Positions 27,681-38,176 are shown, counted from the stretch's first letter. The stretch is 40,740 nucleotides of DNA from Microcoleaceae cyanobacterium (GCA_051652765.1 JBOFUV010000042.1:1-40740), one strand, 5' to 3'. Notes: generated by a model not told the origin, from the letters alone. Translations and numbers: made by a program.

Positions 27681-29927
27681 ATGAATAACTTTTTAGGTAT
27701 GGTGCTAGCCGTTACGGCTGTCATTATGATATTGATTGTGGGTCTTTCCAAGACTGGTTTCTGGAAGTTTTTTTGGGTCTCAAAGAAACTCTCGAACCTT
27801 TCGGAAAGGGTGTCAGGTTTGGCTGGATCTCGACGGTTCAAAAAGTCGCGCCTGATGGCTTTTGCAACTATGATCTCCGTTGTAATTATTGTGGGTCAAC
27901 TGGTTTCCACTGAACTGGTTCAGGGTGCTGGTTCGATTGCCTCCCTCAAGGGACAATCAGTTCCCAAACCTAGTAATTTGGGAGAATTTGTTAAAGATGA
28001 AGCGGCTCTTGTCCAACTGGGCAAGGCATTGTTCTGGGATATTCAGATTGGATCTGACAGGAATACTTCCTGTGCCACCTGTCACTTTCATTCTGGAGCG
28101 GACAACCGCTATAGAAACCAGATCAGTCCTGGTTTGTTGCGGATGAATCTTTACAGCAATGGAGAGTTCGAACCCAATCCCGATACTACCTTTACTAACC
28201 CTCACGCCCCTGACTATAATCTCCAGACAGGGGATTTCCCCTTGGGCAAGGATGACAACGATGTTATCTCTTCTCAGGGGGTTCATTTTGCGAAGTATGA
28301 TCAGGCAACCGGGACATCTACCCCAGAACCCGACGCTGTATTTAATGTCAACGGCTTGAACACCCGTCGGGTAGAACCCCGAAACACTCCGAGTGTAATC
28401 AATGCGGTGTTCAACTTCCGAAATTTTTGGGATGGTCGAGCCCAGAACGACTTTAATGGCGTTAACCCCTTTGGTTCCCGCGATCCAAATGCAGTGGTTC
28501 TGAAAGCCAAAAATAATGACAATGGCGGTAAGCTATCAACCGTTAAGATTAGTCTAGATAATTCTTCCCTGGCCTCTCAAGCGGTTGGGCCTCCAACTAG
28601 TGCCTTTGAGATGTCGGCTGATGGTCGAATCTTTCCCGATATTTCTCGGAACCTGAGACGCAACCGCAAACCCGAGTCTCAAGTAGCTAAGCGCAAACTT
28701 AGTATGCGGGCCCTGGCAAACCAAACTGTTCACCCTGATGATAGTGTCTTAGGGTCACTCCGTGATAGTTCTAAGAAGGGCCTGACCAAAACCTACCGCC
28801 AGATGGTGAAGGAAGCCTTCAAGAACCGCTGGTGGAGAAATAGTAATCAACTGGTCACCATCGACGAGGCTGGAAACTTTACTTTCATTACCAAGCCCGA
28901 AGACCAGGCTGGGCTAAATGAGTTTACACAAATGGAAGTTAACTTCCCATTGTTCTTTGGTCTGGCAGTACAAGCCTATGAAGCCACCCTGGTTTCTGAC
29001 GATACTCCTATGGATCGGTATCTGTCTGGCGATCAAGGGGCGTTAACTGCTCAGGAAGTTCGAGGCATGGATGTGTTCTTGAATCAGGGCAAGTGTGTCA
29101 GCTGTCATGCTGGAGCCGAACTGACTAAAGCCTCAGTCTCCAATGTTCGCAATGAACCGATTGAGCGCATGGTTATGGGTGATGGCAACGTTGCTGTTTA
29201 CGATAATGGCTTCTACAACATTGGGGTACGACCCACTGAGGATGATTTGGGCGTTGGCGGCAAGGATCCATTTGGCAATCCTCTGTCCTTCAGCAAGCTC
29301 TTCCAACGGCAAGGGAAAGACATCAACGTTCAAGCAGAGCCCCCGGCTGAGTCTGGCTCCTTACAATCCAATGAGCGAGTTGCTGTCAATGGTGCCTTCA
29401 AAACACCGGGGTTGAGAAACGTGGCCCTGACCCCGCCTTACTTCCATAACGGTGGTAAGCTCACCCTGGAACAGGTGGTTGAGTTCTATAACAGAGGCGG
29501 TGATTTTGCCAACCAGACAGACAAAGATGCTGACATTGAAAATCTTGACTTGAGCCAAAAGGAGCAAGCCGATTTGGTGGCATTTCTCAAATCAATGACG
29601 GATGAGCGGGTGGTATATGACAAAGCACCGTTCGATCACCCAGAATTGCCAATTCCAGATGGTCACAAAGGAAATACTAACGCCGCTATGGATAAGAATA
29701 GCGATCGATTTGCGGATGACAAGCAAATCGTGATTCCAGCGGTTGGAACTTCGGGATGGCAGGGAAGTCCAAATTTCCTGAATGTATCCTTTACTCGGTC
29801 GGCTGCGACAGACTCTTCAGGATCGACGGCTCCTTTGGGAGGGGGCCTGACTGCTGAAGATGCCAACTGTCCAGTTGGAACAACCTATGTTCCAGCACCG
29901 GGCGGCTTCCTGTGTCAGCAACAATAG
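27681..29927 (+). CDS. Large di-heme cytochrome c peroxidase-superfamily enzyme (MauG/BthA/MbnH-like)
   Basis: LGKALFWD, CATCH (131-135), RNTPSVINA, FWDGRA, CVSCH (472-476), FKTPGLRNV.LT.PYFHNG, VVEFYNRGG. Confidence 0.9.
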   Translation: MNNFLGMVLAVTAVIMILIVGLSKTGFWKFFWVSKKLSNLSERVSGLAGSRRFKKSRLMAFATMISVVIIVGQLVSTELVQGAGSIASLKGQSVPKPSNLGEFVKDEAALVQLGKALFWDIQIGSDRNTSCATCHFHSGADNRYRNQISPGLLRMNLYSNGEFEPNPDTTFTNPHAPDYNLQTGDFPLGKDDNDVISSQGVHFAKYDQATGTSTPEPDAVFNVNGLNTRRVEPRNTPSVINAVFNFRNFWDGRAQNDFNGVNPFGSRDPNAVVLKAKNNDNGGKLSTVKISLDNSSLASQAVGPPTSAFEMSADGRIFPDISRNLRRNRKPESQVAKRKLSMRALANQTVHPDDSVLGSLRDSSKKGLTKTYRQMVKEAFKNRWWRNSNQLVTIDEAGNFTFITKPEDQAGLNEFTQMEVNFPLFFGLAVQAYEATLVSDDTPMDRYLSGDQGALTAQEVRGMDVFLNQGKCVSCHAGAELTKASVSNVRNEPIERMVMGDGNVAVYDNGFYNIGVRPTEDDLGVGGKDPFGNPLSFSKLFQRQGKDINVQAEPPAESGSLQSNERVAVNGAFKTPGLRNVALTPPYFHNGGKLTLEQVVEFYNRGGDFANQTDKDADIENLDLSQKEQADLVAFLKSMTDERVVYDKAPFDHPELPIPDGHKGNTNAAMDKNSDRFADDKQIVIPAVGTSGWQGSPNFLNVSFTRSAATDSSGSTAPLGGGLTAEDANCPVGTTYVPAPGGFLCQQQ

Positions 29928-29980
29928 AGATGGAATCCTCGGAGAGGCGTTCACAGTAATTCTCTTGTAAAGTATCACTA

Positions 29981-30020
29981 GGCAGTTTTCTCCCCAGGAT
30001 GGAGAAAGCTGCCTCAGTTT
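29981..30020 (+). terminator. Intrinsic terminator after the di-heme gene
   Basis: GGCAGTTTTCTCC-N7-GGAGAAAGCTGCC followed by TCAGTTTTT. Confidence 0.65.
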
Positions 30021-30360
30021 TTGAACAAACAAGAATTTTGGTTTAAAGTTCGGGTTTGTATAGTAATGGAGACAAAATGGTCACTCAGGCTGAAACTATT
30101 TCACAGTAAGGCTTTGGGCTTCAAGTATTTTTACTCAGCCAGAAACTAATATAATCTTTGGCAAAATCTGAAACCATTGATCTGTACCTGTATTTCAACA
30201 ATTGGGATCACCTGCTTACCTTCATGCTTGAGGGTTTAGAGCTAGAAATTCCATCCAACACCAGTTGAATTTCCATACTGAGAACTGCTGTAACTTAAGG
30301 ATACAATCAGAGTTTATAAACCCGTTGAGGTCGCCTAGTGCATTGGCACATAATTGAACA

Positions 30361-31890
30361 GTGACTCATCATATGTCAAAGAAAATCCAAACCCTGAAAC
30401 ACACCCTAACTCACCAACTACGTCACATTAACGGCATAGAACACCTCTCAATATTTTTTGTTTTATTGGGCATCCTGATTCGTTCAGTTCAATATATTAA
30501 TAATCGATCTCTGTGGTTTGACGAAGCAAGTTTAGCTTTAAATATTGTTCAACGTTCCTATCAAGACCTACTCAAACCTTTAGACTATAATCAAGCCGCA
30601 CCCCCTGGATTTCTCTGGATTGAAAAGTTAGCGATTCAGCTTTTTGACAATCATGAATATGCCCTCCGCTGCTTCCCATTTATTTCCGGCTTGATTTCCC
30701 TAGTTGTCTTTTACAAACTAGCAACTCGCTACAGCTCAAAACAGGCTGCTCCAGTTGCGATCGCCCTATTTGCCTGTTTGCCCTACACGATCTACTACAC
30801 CACAGAAGTCAAGCAATACTCTAGCGATATCATGATCGCGTTAATCTTTACCCTGTGGCTGATCAATTGGCGCAATCAGCAGTTAAACCAAGGTCAAATT
30901 ATGGCCTTAAGTTTAGTGGGAATGATCGCAATTTGGCTGTCCCATCCAGCAATTTTTACCCTGGGAGGAATTGAGCTAACATATCTTCTCATTGCAAAAA
31001 ATCGGAGGTTGATTTTTCGCAATCGTTTGCCAATTTATCTAAGTTGGCTGCTGAGCTTTGGCTTGTTGTATTACCTGACGATCAGTCCAACTTTGGGCAA
31101 TGAAAACTTAATTGAGTCTTGGAGTTCTCGGTATCCAGATTCCATCTTAGATATTGTTTGGCTATTGGATACCTTGGGTCGTTTTTTCTACAGACCCCTT
31201 GGGTTTTTTAGCCTCGCCGATGGGGTGGCCATGATGACATTTGGGATCGGATGTTGGGCATTTTTTCACCGCGATCGCATCACTTTTCTCGCCCTCACTG
31301 CTCCATTTCTAGCAACTCTAATCGCCAGTTATCTGCATCAATACCCGTTTAGAGAGCGGTTGGTGCTTTTTCTCACCCCTTGGGCAATTTTGATGATTGC
31401 TGAAGGTCTGATTTTTCTGATCCAACAACCTCGTCAATCAGTTCAGGGGTTGGGGGTGTTACTCCTGTTAATTTTACTGATTCCTCCGGTTGTTCAATCT
31501 GGAGGGTTAATCTTGCGGCCTACCTTGAAAGAGGAATTTAGACCTGTTCTGGCTTACGTTAAAAATCATCAACGACCGGGCGATCGCCTTTATATTTATC
31601 TCAAAGGGAGAAATCACTTTGCTTACTATGGCAACAGATATGGATACACTGAGGGTGATTATATCTTGGGGCAAATTGAACTGAATGATGAAGGCAAGAT
31701 TTCGCCTGAAGAACAGGCCCAATATCAACAGGACATTCAACAATTCCAGGGTCAAGATCGGGTGTGGCTAGTATTTCGCGCTGCTAATTCCGAAGAGTCT
31801 AATCTATTAAACTACCCCAACCAAATCGGTCAACCTGTTGACTGTTTTCGGCAACTCGATGCCTTTACTTGCCTGTACAACTTTGAGTAA
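30361..31890 (+). CDS. GT-C fold glycosyltransferase (GT39/PMT-like)
   Basis: RSLWFDEA, QAAPPGF, EYALR, TEVKQYS and about 11 TM segments. Start may be the ATG at 30373. Confidence 0.85.
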   Translation: MTHHMSKKIQTLKHTLTHQLRHINGIEHLSIFFVLLGILIRSVQYINNRSLWFDEASLALNIVQRSYQDLLKPLDYNQAAPPGFLWIEKLAIQLFDNHEYALRCFPFISGLISLVVFYKLATRYSSKQAAPVAIALFACLPYTIYYTTEVKQYSSDIMIALIFTLWLINWRNQQLNQGQIMALSLVGMIAIWLSHPAIFTLGGIELTYLLIAKNRRLIFRNRLPIYLSWLLSFGLLYYLTISPTLGNENLIESWSSRYPDSILDIVWLLDTLGRFFYRPLGFFSLADGVAMMTFGIGCWAFFHRDRITFLALTAPFLATLIASYLHQYPFRERLVLFLTPWAILMIAEGLIFLIQQPRQSVQGLGVLLLLILLIPPVVQSGGLILRPTLKEEFRPVLAYVKNHQRPGDRLYIYLKGRNHFAYYGNRYGYTEGDYILGQIELNDEGKISPEEQAQYQQDIQQFQGQDRVWLVFRAANSEESNLLNYPNQIGQPVDCFRQLDAFTCLYNFE

Positions 31891-33760
31891 TTTCAACAGT
31901 TGGCATGACAATCGTTTGTTCTCCAGACAACTTGAAAGCAGCATGAACAGCTTGCAGAGCCTTCACGCCGTCGGCCTCATCCACCACACAACTGATTTTG
32001 ATTTCAGAGGTGGCAATCATAGAAATGTTGATTCCTTCCTTGGCCAAGGCATCAAACATGCGGGCCGCTACTCCCGGAGAATTGACCATCCCTGCCCCCA
32101 CAGCACTGACCTTAGCGATCGCTCGATTCACCACAACTTCCCCAACGTTGAGTTCCACAGTGGCTTGTTCGAGGGTAGCTTGGGCTTCGTCAGCATCGGT
32201 TTGAGCCAAGGTGAAGGCAATATCACGGGTCAGAATCCCATTGACCGCATGACAGCGTTGAGACTGAATAATCATATCAATACTGATATTCCGTTCAGCC
32301 AAGAGGGCAAAGATCCGGGCAGCCATTCCGGGCTGATCAGGAACATGCCGAATTGCCAATCGCGCTTGATTGCGATCGAGGGCAACCCCTCGAATTGGTG
32401 GAAGAGTTAAGTTCAACGGTTGGGATTCAGAAGTTGGACTCAAATTTACCCGGTCTAGGCTAGGTTCTAGACTCCCGGTCGTCTCCATCTCAAAAGACTC
32501 CAGCTCAAAGGACTGGCAGAGAGCAGTCACCGCGCGATCGCAATCTTTTGCCGCAATCACACAGCTCACTTTCACCTCGGAAGTGGAAATCATCTGAATA
32601 TTAATCCCTGCATTGGCCAGGGTTGTGAACATTTGGGCCGCCACCCGAGGACGACCAATCATGCCAGCGCCCATAATACTGACTTTGGCAATTGGGGTGT
32701 CATCTCCCCTGACTTCGGTGTGTCCTAACTTCAGGTCTTCTGGTTGACCCAAGGTAGGAAGAATCGCATCTGCCACGGCGATCGCTTGCTGGAAGGATTC
32801 CTGGGTAACGGTGAAGGTGATGTCGTTGATATTAGCATCGTGGATGGACTGAATAATCAGATCCACATTCAGGCTTTGTAACGCAATTCCCCCAAATAGA
32901 CTGGCGGCAATGCCGGGGCGATCAGGAATTCTCAACAGGGAGATGGCGGCTTGATTCGTGTCAAACTCAACGGCATCAACAGGATGAGTTAGTTCCAGCC
33001 CTTCTAAAGGTCGCGGCTGGCGCTGGGCGGAAACCACCCGTGTTCCTGGTTGATCACTCCAACTGGAACGAACCACGAGGGGAATGCCGTAGTTGCGGGC
33101 AATTTCAACCGCTCGTGGGTGTAAAACCTTGGCTCCCAAACTCGCCAGTTCCAACATCTCATCGCAGGTGATCTCCTCCATGAGCTGAGCATTGGGCACG
33201 ATCCGGGGATCGGTTGTTAGAATGCCAGGAACATCGGTATAAATTTCACACTGATCTGCTCGTAATGCTGCCGCCAAGGCAACGGCAGAAGTATCTGACC
33301 CTCCGCGACCCAAGGTGGTGATTTCTAGGTCTTCTCCTTCAGTAATTCCCTGAAACCCAGCAACGACAATGACTTTGCCTTCTCTCAGGTGGCGCTCTAA
33401 TCGTTCGGTCTGAATATGCAAAATCCGGGCCCGAGTATGATCGGCTTCGGTAACAATGCCAACTTGGGCTCCGGTCATGGAAATGGCAGGTTGTCCCAGT
33501 TCCTGGAGGGCCATACTCATCAGGGCAATGCTCACCTGTTCTCCAGTGGAAAGCAACATATCCATCTCGCGGCGGTTGGGAGTGCTGGAGACTTCATGGG
33601 CCAATTTAACCAGGCCATCGGTTGTTTTGCCCATAGCTGAAACAACAACAACGACCGAATGATTCCGGGCTGTTTCAATCACTCGTCGAGCTACAGCCTG
33701 AATTCGTTCGGCAGACCCAACTGAGCTACCGCCATATTTCTGCACAATCAGCATACTCAC
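31865..33760 (-). CDS. lysC: Aspartate kinase (cyanobacterial four-ACT type)
   Basis: VQKYGGSS, TTLGRGGSDTSA, YTDVPGILTTDPR, GAKVLHPR, and two ACT pairs. Confidence 0.96.
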   Translation of the reverse strand: MSMLIVQKYGGSSVGSAERIQAVARRVIETARNHSVVVVVSAMGKTTDGLVKLAHEVSSTPNRREMDMLLSTGEQVSIALMSMALQELGQPAISMTGAQVGIVTEADHTRARILHIQTERLERHLREGKVIVVAGFQGITEGEDLEITTLGRGGSDTSAVALAAALRADQCEIYTDVPGILTTDPRIVPNAQLMEEITCDEMLELASLGAKVLHPRAVEIARNYGIPLVVRSSWSDQPGTRVVSAQRQPRPLEGLELTHPVDAVEFDTNQAAISLLRIPDRPGIAASLFGGIALQSLNVDLIIQSIHDANINDITFTVTQESFQQAIAVADAILPTLGQPEDLKLGHTEVRGDDTPIAKVSIMGAGMIGRPRVAAQMFTTLANAGINIQMISTSEVKVSCVIAAKDCDRAVTALCQSFELESFEMETTGSLEPSLDRVNLSPTSESQPLNLTLPPIRGVALDRNQARLAIRHVPDQPGMAARIFALLAERNISIDMIIQSQRCHAVNGILTRDIAFTLAQTDADEAQATLEQATVELNVGEVVVNRAIAKVSAVGAGMVNSPGVAARMFDALAKEGINISMIATSEIKISCVVDEADGVKALQAVHAAFKLSGEQTIVMPTVEITQSCTGK

Positions 33761-34137
33761 TTAACCGATAAAACGCCTGAATCAAAAGGTTTGAACATAC
33801 CTCAATTCAGCTTGACAAACCACTGACTTTAGTCTTCTAGTGTAGAAGATTGTCCAGTATTGTGACATTCTCTCAACTTGACAGCAAGCCTTTCAGCAGG
33901 ATCAATCCTGATTATTTTTGATCTCAGTAGATAGGACTGACGCAGTTGCAATATCTCTGCCCCAACCCCCAGCAGTATCAGAATTGGGGGTATTTTTCAA
34001 GAAACCCTGCGGTCTATTGGTGCAGCAAATTAAGCAAATTAAAAATTGTGTCAGGGACAAAGAGGCTTTGCCCCCAAGCCCCCATGTTTCAGAACTTTAT
34101 CTGTAGATACTCTTGGCCATAAGACTCAAGTCAGAGT

Positions 34138-36177
34138 CTAAACGTAGCTGAATGTTCTAGCGTCATTCAAGTTTAGCCCGATCACCCCGGTGATAACCCC
34201 AATCAAATCCGTGTTTAAGCGAATTTGGGTGTTGTTGCTGACCGTTTGGAGTTGATAGGGTTCGCCCTGGTGGAGCTGGATTTTATCGGTACTGACTGTG
34301 AAGTCTGAAATTCGGGCCACATCAGCCGTTCCTGCGCCCAAATAATAAACTTTAGTCGCATCTCCCAAGACAAACAGATCGGCATTGCCCTGTCCCTGAA
34401 GAATATCCTGTTCCCCAACACCAGCCGCCGCAGAATTTGTCCCGGTCAGCGTGTCTGCCCCATTACCCCCTGCAAGTTGATCGTTTCCGGTATCTCCTAA
34501 CACTCGATCATTGCCATCATTGCCGTTGACGGTGTCGTTGCCAGTCCCGCCCCACAGGAAATCATTGCCAGTCCCGCCGTCCAGTCGATCATTTCCTGCG
34601 TTGCCTGAGAGTCGGTCATTGCCATCCTGTCCATACACGGTATCATTGTGGTTCTCACCGCTGAGAGTGTCATTCCCAGCCTGTCCTTGAAGGGTATCGT
34701 TGCCGTCACCTCCCCGAATGCTATCGTTGCCCGCCAATCCCCGCATCAAGTTATGGTCAGTATTGCCCTGCAAAGTATCGTTGTTATCGGTCTCTGGAGT
34801 AGGAACCAGTTTTCGGACTGTGCCATCTTGCTTGGAGGTAACATAGATTTCTCCGGCAGCATCCACGCCAAATCGCACGTCAGAACGGGGAAATCCTAAG
34901 AAATCTAGAAATGATCCTTGTAAATTGCCGTCGTAGAGTCGTAATTCCCGTAGAGTTGCCTGAGAACCCTCAACCAGTTCATTGACTGGAACATGAAAGA
35001 ATCGCCCATCGTTGGCAAAGTCAGCAAACACATACTGACCTCGCAATTGGGGAATTGCCGTGCCCCGATATACAAACCCGCCAGCGATCGCAAACCCAAA
35101 AAATCCCGATGTCTCAGGTGGAAGATCATGGTCATATTGGGCAACGGGATAGGTATAGCCAAAATCGGCATCATTAGGCGGCAGTTCAAATAAAGCATTT
35201 TCGTTATTTTCTTCAATCACAAATGTGCCTTCCCGTTCCCCCCAACCGTAGTTTGCCCCAGGAACACCCAGATTGACTTCTTCGATAAAAGCCTGACCGA
35301 CATCGACAATTAACATCTTGCCCTCGCCCCCCGTATCCCAACTGAAGCGATGGGAATTCCGCAGTCCATAAGCCCAAACTTCTCCTAGAGTATTAGGATC
35401 GCCGTCAGTGGCAAAGGGATTGTCTGCTGGGATGCCGTACTCCCCGCTAGCACTGTTATTGCCTAGGGGATCAATCCGCAAAATTTTACCGAGAGGAACG
35501 TTCAAATCCTGGCCGTTATCGAGGGGATCGGTGTTGCTGACCGGGAAGCCGTCACTCCCGCCATCTGCAACGGCCAGATACAACATTCCGTAATCAGCAT
35601 CCCCGGGTTCAGCATTAGGATTGAAGGCGAGTTCCCCCATATTGTGATCTCCATAGGGTTGTTCAACCCGCATGATCTCTCGCACAGTTCCGGCAAAGAG
35701 ATTGGCTGAGGGGTTAGTTGCTGTCCACTCCCGGACGACTTCATGATGGGAACTGGCGATGATATTACCATTGCGATCGAAGATAGGTTTTGTGACTGGA
35801 AAATCGGGTGTTCCTGTCGTTTTGCTTTCCGAGTTGATGGTGTAAAAAATGCCATTGTTGGCAAAATCTGGGTGAAAAGTAAAATAAGAAAAGCCCTGCT
35901 GATTCGTATTGCTCAGAAATCCACTTCCCACTTGACTTTTTAGATTAAGGTAGGAACTAATGGTTCCGTTATCAATAACGTATAATTTCCCGCGCATATC
36001 ATTCACGAAGAGGCGATCGCTGCCATCGGGGGCATCCGTGATCTGATTTAATCGCGCTGCTGGGCTGCTGCCACTGCCGCTGTTTGGAATTTGAGCAATC
36101 TCTTCCAATTGAACAGAAAGGTTGGAAAGGGCAATTGGGGTGGGAATCGGATTATTGGTGATTGGTAGGCTTGGCAT
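34138..36177 (-). CDS. PQQ-dependent glucose/sorbosone dehydrogenase family beta-propeller with C-terminal RTX Ca-binding repeats
   Basis: FHPDFANNG, HNMGEL, LGKILRIDP, WAYGLRNSHRFSWD, GANYGW, followed by more than 10 GGxGxDxL-type nonapeptides. No N-terminal signal peptide. Confidence 0.9.
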   Translation of the reverse strand: MPSLPITNNPIPTPIALSNLSVQLEEIAQIPNSGSGSSPAARLNQITDAPDGSDRLFVNDMRGKLYVIDNGTISSYLNLKSQVGSGFLSNTNQQGFSYFTFHPDFANNGIFYTINSESKTTGTPDFPVTKPIFDRNGNIIASSHHEVVREWTATNPSANLFAGTVREIMRVEQPYGDHNMGELAFNPNAEPGDADYGMLYLAVADGGSDGFPVSNTDPLDNGQDLNVPLGKILRIDPLGNNSASGEYGIPADNPFATDGDPNTLGEVWAYGLRNSHRFSWDTGGEGKMLIVDVGQAFIEEVNLGVPGANYGWGEREGTFVIEENNENALFELPPNDADFGYTYPVAQYDHDLPPETSGFFGFAIAGGFVYRGTAIPQLRGQYVFADFANDGRFFHVPVNELVEGSQATLRELRLYDGNLQGSFLDFLGFPRSDVRFGVDAAGEIYVTSKQDGTVRKLVPTPETDNNDTLQGNTDHNLMRGLAGNDSIRGGDGNDTLQGQAGNDTLSGENHNDTVYGQDGNDRLSGNAGNDRLDGGTGNDFLWGGTGNDTVNGNDGNDRVLGDTGNDQLAGGNGADTLTGTNSAAAGVGEQDILQGQGNADLFVLGDATKVYYLGAGTADVARISDFTVSTDKIQLHQGEPYQLQTVSNNTQIRLNTDLIGVITGVIGLNLNDARTFSYV

Positions 36178-36702
36178 GAGTCATACTTGAGGTTAAATGA
36201 TTCAAATCTAGCTTAATCTTGATGCAATTTCGTCATGCTTTAGATTAAATCTCTAAGTCGCCGACTTCAGTCTTAGGCTAGCAGGGCAGACAGTATTTTC
36301 TGGGGCCGAGAAGATACATCAGCATTGAGATTTTCAAGGATAAAAAATCCTTGAAATCAGAATATTTTGGATTCATTTAAGTTGGTCTCACCCTGAATCC
36401 AATCAAGTCACCTGAAACTACTTGAAATTAATACTACTGAGCAAAAGAAATTGAAAGAAAGTAACATCTAATAAATTTAAAGCTCGAGTTTGAATTCCAA
36501 GCTTGAACTAGTGTCAACGAATCTCAACACTCAGAAATATTTGGTTACAGATGTTCTTCTTAAAAAGAATTCTTGAAAATTGCCAACACTGGATCGTTAA
36601 CCTTCTATAATTCTCTACCTTGGATTGTAAGATCCTAAAATGATCTCAAAATAAATTTTTATTGCAATTATTTTTTTCCTAGAGTTGAAATTGTAGAATC
36701 CT

Positions 36703-36746
36703 ACTGTTAATTTTCAACTGTTAATTTTCAGTTTAAAACCTATAGT
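36703..36746 (+). promoter_or_regulatory. Candidate glk promoter with a 14-bp direct repeat
   Basis: ACTGTTAATTTTCA x2 (36703-36730) followed by the -10-like TATAGT at 36741-36746. Confidence 0.45.
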
Positions 36747-37000
36747 ATCCACTTGAGTCAGCAGTAAAATCCCTGTAGTGTGTATTTCCATTGGCCTCTT
36801 CTGGACTGAATCGGACTACAGCGGTTTTTCAATCAGTGAGGGACATCTCAGCTACTCAAGTCCCCCTTTTCTAGATGCGAAGCTTCTCGTTAGAGTAGGG
36901 GATTCAAGGGGGATCGCTCTGCATCACATCTGAGCAAAAGCGGCTGTATATTCCTCATTAATTTTTAATTTTTATGACTTACTCTAGGAGTATTCACACT

Positions 37001-38101
37001 ATGGCAACTTTGCTAGCTGGAGATATCGGTGGAACCAAGACTATTCTACGGTTAGTCAAGGCTGAACCCGCCTATCCTCCCAAGAGAGTACCCAATTTGA
37101 CGGCGCTGCATGAGGTAACTTACCCGAGCCAGGACTATTCTGACCTCGTGCCAATTGTGCTGAACTTTATGCAAGCAGCCCGAACCGCCTTGGGCCGAGA
37201 GGATTTGGCTCCTGAAACGGCCTGTTTTGGGATTGCTGGCCCCGTGGTGAACAATACCTGTAACTTGACAAACCTGAGTTGGTTTTTGCAGGCGGACACC
37301 TTAGAACGAGAACTTAAAATCCCCCAGGTGAATCTGATCAATGACTTTGCAGCCATCGGCTATGGGGTGCTAGCTCTAGCTCCTGAAGACTTACAGACTT
37401 TGCAACCTGGGGAACCGGATGATCGGGCTCCCATTGGCGTGATTGGGGCCGGAACAGGATTGGGTGAGGGATTTGTCATTCCCTGTGGCAGTGGCTACCG
37501 AGTCTTTGCAACTGAGGGAGGTCATGTAGATTTTGCCCCGCGCTCAGAGGTGGAATTTCAACTCCTGGGTTATGTCAAAGATCTGTACAAAATTGATCGG
37601 GTTTCTGTAGAGCGGATTGTCTCTGGTATGGGAATTACAGCGATTTATCAATTTCTGCGCGATCGCAATCCTTCCCTCGAAAGTGCCGCAATGGGAAAAA
37701 TTTTCCACCAATGGAAACGGGAAATTGGCAAGGAACAGAAAACCATTGATCTCTCTGCAGAAGTCTCTAAAGCCGCTACAACCAACGATGACTATTTGTC
37801 TACCCAGACCATGAACCTGTTCGTCGAAGCCTATGGGACTGAGGCTGGAAACCTGGCCTTGAAATTAATGCCCTACGGCGGGATGTACATTGCTGGAGGC
37901 ATTGCAGCTAAGAACCTGCCGCTGATGATTCAAGATGTTTTTCTAAATGCTTTTACCTCTAAAGGTCGGATGGGTGTCTTGATGAAAAAGGTTCCTATTC
38001 ACCTTGTCTTGAATCCTAAAGTCGGGCTACTGGGGGCAGCATTGTGTGCGGCCCAGAGTATTCAGAGCCTCTCAAGTCCTGATGCTTCAGCTACAGGTTG
38101 A
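37001..38101 (+). CDS. glk: Glucokinase
   Basis: AGDIGGTKT, FGIAGPV, LINDF, GAGTGLG, EGGHVDF, GGMYIAGGI. AGGAG precedes ATG 37001. Confidence 0.95.
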   Translation: MATLLAGDIGGTKTILRLVKAEPAYPPKRVPNLTALHEVTYPSQDYSDLVPIVLNFMQAARTALGREDLAPETACFGIAGPVVNNTCNLTNLSWFLQADTLERELKIPQVNLINDFAAIGYGVLALAPEDLQTLQPGEPDDRAPIGVIGAGTGLGEGFVIPCGSGYRVFATEGGHVDFAPRSEVEFQLLGYVKDLYKIDRVSVERIVSGMGITAIYQFLRDRNPSLESAAMGKIFHQWKREIGKEQKTIDLSAEVSKAATTNDDYLSTQTMNLFVEAYGTEAGNLALKLMPYGGMYIAGGIAAKNLPLMIQDVFLNAFTSKGRMGVLMKKVPIHLVLNPKVGLLGAALCAAQSIQSLSSPDASATG

Positions 38102-38176
38102 GCCATTTCTTGCAACTAACCCCATTTCACCCCTATTTTACCCGTAAAACTTCACCCGTAAAGAAGACAAAAAATT

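Noticed and set aside
30289..30304. NtcA box upstream of the GT-C gene
   Set aside because: GTA-N9-TAC, one base too long.
31838..32410. 190-aa ORF antisense to lysC (likewise 24877-25437 antisense to the MCO and other overlapping ORFs)
   Set aside because: Lies almost wholly opposite a well-supported gene and has no recognisable motifs.
33918..34106. 62-aa ORF between lysC and the dehydrogenase
   Set aside because: TTG start, no RBS, no motif, and it lies over hairpin-rich intergenic DNA.
34450..34790. DNA-level repeat element within the dehydrogenase gene
   Set aside because: Explained by protein-level RTX nonapeptide repeats.
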